Below are positions 26,951 through 32,000 of a DNA stretch of 32,000 bases, piece after piece. How positions within the stretch are numbered: position 1 is the first letter of the stretch; each line of letters begins with the position of its first letter. The stretch is from Synechococcus sp. A15-28 (GTDB taxonomy: Bacteria > Cyanobacteriota > Cyanobacteriia > PCC-6307 > Cyanobiaceae), in assembly GCF_014280175.1 (NCBI RefSeq), contig NZ_CP047931.1, positions 1,170,001 to 1,202,000 of the forward strand, given 5' to 3'. The notes below the pieces were generated by a model. The model did no database searches and had not been told where the DNA came from. It was given only the letters and a program-made list of their open reading frames with translations. The position numbers and the translations under genes are program-made.

Positions 26951-28759
26951 TCAATTGGCATGATTCCAGAAACAGTCAACGGCAATCCGACCTTCCTGGG
27001 GAAGAACAGTCTTGCGATTGATCAGATATTCGACGATGGGCTCACTATTCTCCTGGAACACAATGAACTTGAAGTTCAGAACGGATGGTCCCGAACGATT
27101 GAACCCGACGGTTGCTGTCCAGGTGTTCTGATTGACGTATTCCATGCCATAGGCCTTGGCGTGATCCCAATGGCCCATCTTGTCACAATCACCAATAATG
27201 GCAATTGATTGACCGGGTTGTGTCTCAAATCCGTTGATCTGGAACACCACCACCAGGGGGGCCTCCACTGGAACTCCTGCGGCACTGATCACCATGGCCG
27301 AATTGCCATGTACGCGATATCCCTGCAGGCGACCGTTAGTGATGTTCACGGGAAAGCCTGTGATCAAACAGGTGTAGGAACCATCGGGCATCTGAATATT
27401 TTCAGCATCAACAACATGATCATCATCACTCTTGTTGACCATCACCATCACCGCGGAATCGCGAAAATTACGTGTGTAGAGGTAGAAATCGTCATTGATC
27501 CAAGCTGTATGGTGCGATCCGAGGGATAGAGCCTGGTTGCGATGACGCAGATCCAGCAAGGTCTGGACCAGCTTGAACGAGTGACTTGACATATCCCAGG
27601 ACTCCATCATTGGACGGTTGTAGGGATCCTGACCACCATTGGTTCCATTGTTCAGGTATTGCTCTGTTCCATAGAACAGACAGGGAACACCACGGAGCGT
27701 GGTTAAAAGGACCAGGGCCAGATCCAGCTTGCGGGAATCCGGAACAATGGACAGGAACCGCGGCATGTCGTGGTTGTCAATGAACGTCACCAATTCATTG
27801 GCACGTTGATAGACACGGTCATAGTTCAGCACCCGTTCCACCTGATGGAAGCCGCCAGGCTCCTGGCCAGAAAAGCAAAAGCGGATGCCATCACAGAGAC
27901 CGAAATCAAGAATGGACATGCCGATGTTGTTGGCGTAATCAACAGACCTTTGCTCCCAAGGCTTGCTGAAGCCATACTCACCAAACATGAACAGCCCTGG
28001 CTTGTGAGCCTTCATGGCTGTGGTGAATTCCTGCCAGAACCAGATCGGCATATGTTTGAGCGTGTCGACGCGCAAGGCATCGACACCGGCATCAAGCCAC
28101 ATCTGAATTGCCGACTTGATGTAATTGCGATAATGAATATTTTTTTCATTAAATGTTGCCAACCCCATCATCTCAAGATGGATCAGCTGATATTCATCTT
28201 CCCAATCAGTAATTTCACCTTCATGGTAGTAAAAACCATTGTGATCATGGTTGAAATCAGCCAGGGGCTGACCATCATCCAGCACGACACCCTTGCTTCC
28301 ATTGATATCAGGCGAACTATGGTTGCAAACAATATCCAGCACAATCTTGATACCAGCCGCATGACAGGCATCCACAAGAGTCTTGAGGGTTGGAGACTGC
28401 GAAATGCTGGTTGACTCGCCGACCTTGACGAAGCGTGGATTGATCCGTTTGAAATCACGGGTCCAATATCCATGCATCGGTGCACGACTGAACTGCAGAT
28501 TGCTGACCTGTTCAAACAGGGGAGACAACCAAAGCGCAGTTACACCAAGCTCCTTTAAATAATCAATCTTGTTAATAATTCCCTGCAGATTGCCACCCCA
28601 GTATTTCCCCCAGTCTTGCCTGGACTTGTCAAAAAGCCCCTTGGCCTCTTCTTTTTCCGAACCCTCCTGATCACCAGCAACATCGTGACCATCGTGAAAA
28701 CGGTCAACAATCAGGAAATAAATCACTTCAGACCTGAAATCGACCGGGTCATCAAACAT
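26951..28759 (-). CDS. GH13 alpha-amylase-family enzyme, CGTase/maltogenic-amylase-like, with a C-terminal CBM20-like starch-binding domain
   Basis: GH13 regions I-IV: DIVCNHSS, GVDALRVDTLKHM, FMFGEYG and TFIDNHDMPRF. CGTase-like N-terminal blocks EVIYFLIVDRFHDG and MHGYWTRDFKRINPRF. C-terminal VVVFQINGF...GQSIAIIGDCDKMGHWD...W...V...FKFIV. ATG at 28759; the track start at 28936 is TTG. Confidence 0.88.
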   Translation of the reverse strand: MFDDPVDFRSEVIYFLIVDRFHDGHDVAGDQEGSEKEEAKGLFDKSRQDWGKYWGGNLQGIINKIDYLKELGVTALWLSPLFEQVSNLQFSRAPMHGYWTRDFKRINPRFVKVGESTSISQSPTLKTLVDACHAAGIKIVLDIVCNHSSPDINGSKGVVLDDGQPLADFNHDHNGFYYHEGEITDWEDEYQLIHLEMMGLATFNEKNIHYRNYIKSAIQMWLDAGVDALRVDTLKHMPIWFWQEFTTAMKAHKPGLFMFGEYGFSKPWEQRSVDYANNIGMSILDFGLCDGIRFCFSGQEPGGFHQVERVLNYDRVYQRANELVTFIDNHDMPRFLSIVPDSRKLDLALVLLTTLRGVPCLFYGTEQYLNNGTNGGQDPYNRPMMESWDMSSHSFKLVQTLLDLRHRNQALSLGSHHTAWINDDFYLYTRNFRDSAVMVMVNKSDDDHVVDAENIQMPDGSYTCLITGFPVNITNGRLQGYRVHGNSAMVISAAGVPVEAPLVVVFQINGFETQPGQSIAIIGDCDKMGHWDHAKAYGMEYVNQNTWTATVGFNRSGPSVLNFKFIVFQENSEPIVEYLINRKTVLPQEGRIAVDCFWNHAN

Positions 28760-28829
28760 CTGATGCTTGAGATCGGCCAAGACAGCGGATGTGAGATCAG
28801 ACAATGGAAGAAAGCCACTGCCGACATCG

Positions 28830-28875
28830 TGGTCAAAGAATGGAAACCTGAGTGTCGTGTGGCGAACTTTGACCA
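28830..28875. repeat. 9-bp inverted repeat TGGTCAAAG-N28-CTTTGACCA in the amylase/helicase divergent spacer
   Basis: Read directly from the sequence. Arms at 28830-28838 and 28867-28875 are perfect reverse complements. Confidence 0.5.
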
Positions 28876-28944
28876 AATCCAGACAAGGTTGAAGCTCCAC
28901 TCGCCTTGTTCGTGATCCAGCATCACGGAATACCAACTGAACTT

Positions 28945-31389
28945 GTGCGCGCGCTTGATCCGATCCGTGAGTGGTTTGACCACCAGGGCTGGACTCCTCT
29001 CCCCTTTCAACAGGCCACGTGGGAGGCCTACCTCGAGGGCCACAGTGGCCTGATCCAAGTGCCCACGGGATCCGGCAAGACCTTTGCGGCGGTGATGGGG
29101 CCGATCGCCCGAATGCTGAATGAAGACCCAGCTCCCCAGGGCATTCGCCTCTTGTATCTCACTCCCCTGCGAGCCCTCAGTCGCGACCTGGCACTGGCCA
29201 TGCGCGAGCCGATCAAGCAGATGAAGTGGCCACTACGGGTTGGCATCCGCAACGGCGACAGCAGCAGCAGCGAACGCGCGAAACAACTGAAAACGCCGCC
29301 ACAGATCCTGGTGACGACACCGGAGTCCCTCACACTGCTGCTGAGCAACCCCAAAGCGGAGGAGCTGTTCAGCGGACTGCAGACGGTGGTGCTGGATGAA
29401 TGGCACGAATTGATGGGAAGCAAACGCGGTAGCCAGACGGAGCTTTGTCTGAGCTGGTTGCGTCAGCTGTGCCCCAGGCTCCAGACCTGGGCCATCAGCG
29501 CCACCATCGGCAACTTGGAACAGGCGGCACGCCATGCCCTCGGCGCAAACGGCGACCCGTTGATCGTGGGTGGTGCCCCGACCCGCAGCACCGACATCCA
29601 CAGCATCCTCCCGGAATCCATCGATGGTTTTCCCTGGGCCGGACATCTGGGGTTACGGATGTACGAGGAGTTGGTGGCGCGGCTCAATCCGGGGGTCAGC
29701 ACGTTGCTGTTCACCAACACACGTAATCAGTCGGAACGCTGGCACCAGTGCCTGCGCTTTGCCTGCCCGGAAATGGAAGACGCCCTGGCCCTGCATCACA
29801 GCGCCATTGACCGCAGTGAACGGGAGGCGATCGAAGCTGCCGTCAAAGCCGGCGATATCCGTTGGGTGGTGTGCACCAGCTCCCTGGATCTTGGAGTGGA
29901 TTTCCAACCGGTGGAACAGGTGGTGCAGATCGGCAGCCCCAAGAACCTGGCGCGACTGCTGCAACGCGCAGGGCGTTCAGCCCACTTGCCCGGCGGCACC
30001 TCTCAGGTGCTGTTCATGCCCACGAATGCCCTGGAACTGCTGGAACTGAGTGCCGTGCGGCGGGGCCTTGAGGACGGACTGGTGGAACAGCGCAAACCAC
30101 CGATTGCACCAATGGATGTGCTGCTGCAGCACCTCACGAGCCTGGCCTGCGGTCCTGGCTTTGACCCCGATCGCACCCTTGAGTCCATTCGAAGCTGCGC
30201 TGCCTACAGCGATCTATCGCAGCAGGACTGGGACTGGTGCCTGCTGTTCCTGGAACAGGGCGGCGAATGCCTGACGGCGTATCCCCGTTACCGGAAACTG
30301 GAATGGGATGGGGAAACAAGTCGCTACCGGATCCGAGACAAAGCGATTGCCCGGCTGCATCGGCTCAACATCGGCACGATCACGGCCGCACCGGCCATCA
30401 CGGTGCGCTTTGTGCGAGGGGCCGTGCTGGGCCATGTGGAAGAGACCTTCATCAGCCAGCTGAAGCCGAAGGATGTGTTCTTTTTCTCGGGTCGGCAGCT
30501 GGAATTCGTCCGCCTCCGAGACATGACGGCTTACGTGAAGGTGAGCACCCGCAAAACGCGTACCGTTCCCGCCTGGGCCGGCGGCCAGATGGCGCTGTCC
30601 GACCTGCTCACCCATCACCTGCGGCTGGAGGTGGACCGTGCCAGCCGCGGTGAGCTGGACACTCCTGAACTGAAGGCGCTTGAGCCACTGTTCGAACGCC
30701 AACAGGACCTGTCCGTGCTGCCGAAGATCGGCCAGCTGTTGATCGAAACCTGCACCACCCGCGAGGGCACCCACCTTTATGCCTACCCCTTTGAAGGACG
30801 CTTCGTGCATGAGGGGATCGGGTTTCTCTGGGCGTCCCGTCTCACCCGATTGGAGCGAGGAACGATCACGGTTTCCGTCAACGACTACGGATTCGAGCTG
30901 TTGGCTCCCAAGGGCTACCCCATGGCCGAACTGGTGGAGGATCACAGCGATCTGCTGCTGGACCGACAGAACCTCAAGCGAGATCTGCAAAACGCCTTGA
31001 ACCTCTCCGAACTGCAACGACGTCGCTTCCGCGCCATCGCCCAGATCGCCGGATTGATGAATCGCGGCTTTCCAGGGTCCAGCAAGAGCACGGGACAGCT
31101 GCAGATCAGCGCATCGCTGCTGTTTGACGTGTTCAGCCGGCATGAACCGGAGAATCGCCTGCTGCGTCAGGCCCAACGTGAAGTGCTCGAGGAACAACTC
31201 GAACTGCCGCGACTGGAGGCCGCCCTGGAGCGGGCCGCGGTCCAGGAGTGGCTGCACGTGTCAACACCCCGACCGGGTCCACTGGCGTTTCCCCTGCTGG
31301 TGGAACGACTCAACAACCGCATGAGCAATGAATCTGTCCTCGAGCGGGTTCAGCGCATGCGGGATGAAGCCCTGCGGCGGGAAGACTGA
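28945..31389 (+). CDS. Ligase-associated DNA damage response DEXH-box helicase (Lhr-core-like)
   Basis: Motif I VPTGSGKT, motif II VLDEWHEL, motif VI QRAGRSAH, and a long C-terminal domain. About 815-827 aa. Start options are GTG 28945 (VRALDPIREWFDHQGW, my preference), GTG 28912 and TTG 28906. Confidence 0.92.
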   Translation: MRALDPIREWFDHQGWTPLPFQQATWEAYLEGHSGLIQVPTGSGKTFAAVMGPIARMLNEDPAPQGIRLLYLTPLRALSRDLALAMREPIKQMKWPLRVGIRNGDSSSSERAKQLKTPPQILVTTPESLTLLLSNPKAEELFSGLQTVVLDEWHELMGSKRGSQTELCLSWLRQLCPRLQTWAISATIGNLEQAARHALGANGDPLIVGGAPTRSTDIHSILPESIDGFPWAGHLGLRMYEELVARLNPGVSTLLFTNTRNQSERWHQCLRFACPEMEDALALHHSAIDRSEREAIEAAVKAGDIRWVVCTSSLDLGVDFQPVEQVVQIGSPKNLARLLQRAGRSAHLPGGTSQVLFMPTNALELLELSAVRRGLEDGLVEQRKPPIAPMDVLLQHLTSLACGPGFDPDRTLESIRSCAAYSDLSQQDWDWCLLFLEQGGECLTAYPRYRKLEWDGETSRYRIRDKAIARLHRLNIGTITAAPAITVRFVRGAVLGHVEETFISQLKPKDVFFFSGRQLEFVRLRDMTAYVKVSTRKTRTVPAWAGGQMALSDLLTHHLRLEVDRASRGELDTPELKALEPLFERQQDLSVLPKIGQLLIETCTTREGTHLYAYPFEGRFVHEGIGFLWASRLTRLERGTITVSVNDYGFELLAPKGYPMAELVEDHSDLLLDRQNLKRDLQNALNLSELQRRRFRAIAQIAGLMNRGFPGSSKSTGQLQISASLLFDVFSRHEPENRLLRQAQREVLEEQLELPRLEAALERAAVQEWLHVSTPRPGPLAFPLLVERLNNRMSNESVLERVQRMRDEALRRED

Positions 31390-31463
31390 GCCGCAATGCG
31401 TTGTTGTTCGGGTTGACGAGCATCGGAAAGTCCCGTTTAACGAATGTTCCAGGCAAGTGCTCG

Positions 31464-31640
31464 ATGTCCGATTCAACCAGCTTCGATGTTGTCCCGACTG
31501 ACGATGGGGCTGGTTACTGGGTCACGATCTGCTCAGAGCAGCGCTGCTGCAGAGCCTTTGTCTCCTCGATGCACATGGCGGACGGTAAACGTCCACAACT
31601 GCTGAGTTGTCTGCACGACACCGGAATGGTCCATCGGTAA
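31464..31640 (+). CDS. Hypothetical small protein (58 aa)
   Basis: ATG 31464 gives MSDSTSFDVVPTDDGAGYWVTICSEQRCCRAFVSSMHMADGKRPQLLSCLHDTGMVHR. It is the only ORF in this spacer and I recognise no homology. Confidence 0.3.
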   Translation: MSDSTSFDVVPTDDGAGYWVTICSEQRCCRAFVSSMHMADGKRPQLLSCLHDTGMVHR

Positions 31641-31690
31641 TTGCCCGGTGCGATCAATCTGCATACTCTTGCGTAAGAGTTGCTTGGGCC

Positions 31691-32000
31691 ATGAAAACGA
31701 TCCAACTGATCGAGTTTCTAAGCACCAGCAGTGATCTCAGCGATGTTCTGAGCGATGAGGAAGTCATTGCCTTCGCTCCGAATCTGGGCCTTGAAACAGT
31801 GTCTGCAGACACGGTTTTAAGGAAAGAAGGAGAGCCGGACTGCAGCCTGCTGATCGTGGTAAGCGGAGAAGTTCGACTCAGTCACGACGGCAATGAGATC
31901 ACCAAACTCCATCCCGGGCAAATTTTTGGTGAGGGAGTGTTTTCAGAAGATGGGACCAGCTTCGAGCAGGCAACCTGCACCGTTGACAGTGTTGTTGCAC
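31691..32000 (+). CDS. Cyclic-nucleotide-binding-domain protein, N-terminal part (runs off the right edge)
   Basis: Hand translation from ATG 31691 gives MKTIQLIEFL...VLRKEGEPDCSLLIVVSGEVRLSHDGNEITKLHPGQIFGEGVF. This is the cNMP-binding beta-roll pattern (G..D.L.IV.SG.V ... G..FGE). It is not in the ORF track because no stop occurs before the window ends. Confidence 0.8.
   Translation, partial: MKTIQLIEFLSTSSDLSDVLSDEEVIAFAPNLGLETVSADTVLRKEGEPDCSLLIVVSGEVRLSHDGNEITKLHPGQIFGEGVFSEDGTSFEQATCTVDSVVA

Noticed and set aside
30214-31257. 347-aa minus-strand ORF, and similar long antisense ORFs at 29233-29646, 25854-26531, 21234-21944, 15732-16475, 15093-15704, 7016-7591 and 6856-7530
   Set aside because: All lie opposite genes with clear catalytic motifs (helicase, ligase, nadA, aroB, ftsH). 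Their products have shadow-frame composition.
1-32000. Scan for tRNA, rRNA, CRISPR repeats, IS or transposase or integrase genes, and long direct repeats flanking the AT-rich segments
   Set aside because: None was recognisable by eye in any intergenic region. I cannot exclude short att-like repeats without a computational self-alignment.

Overview
The window is GC-rich, gene-dense chromosome that looks like a marine Synechococcus-type picocyanobacterium. This is an inference from petN, thf1/psb29, ycf19-like yggT, the dxs-ilvA divergent pair and overall composition. Most of it is housekeeping: dxs (partial), ilvA, scpB, yggT, a MazG-like gene, pyk, a MacB/FtsX-type ABC permease, ftsH, clpP, thf1, petN, clpS, purK, a sugar ABC permease, aroB, a DUF185 methyltransferase, a TPM-domain protein, a GH104 lysozyme-like protein, a GT-B-like protein, a metallophosphoesterase and nadA. 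The right-hand third (22.2-31.4 kb) carries three genes of the ligase-associated DNA damage response set: an MBL-fold exonuclease, an ATP-dependent DNA ligase and a DEXH helicase. They are not contiguous. They are separated by visibly AT-richer cargo: a GAF protein with an unusual Cys/His C-terminal module, a DUF218 protein and a CGTase-like GH13+CBM20 enzyme. The usual fourth partner, PdeM, is not where it normally sits. Hand translation found several real-looking genes below the 60-aa ORF-track cutoff: petN, a DUF2256-type zinc-ribbon ORF overlapping the clpP stop, and some small membrane or secreted ORFs. I also see an orphan plus-strand terminator that suggests a small RNA or micro-ORF. 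I found no tRNA, rRNA, CRISPR array, transposase or integrase. All family assignments rest on motif recognition by eye and memory, not on searches. Start codons are often ambiguous, because the ORF track extends to the first ATG/GTG/TTG.
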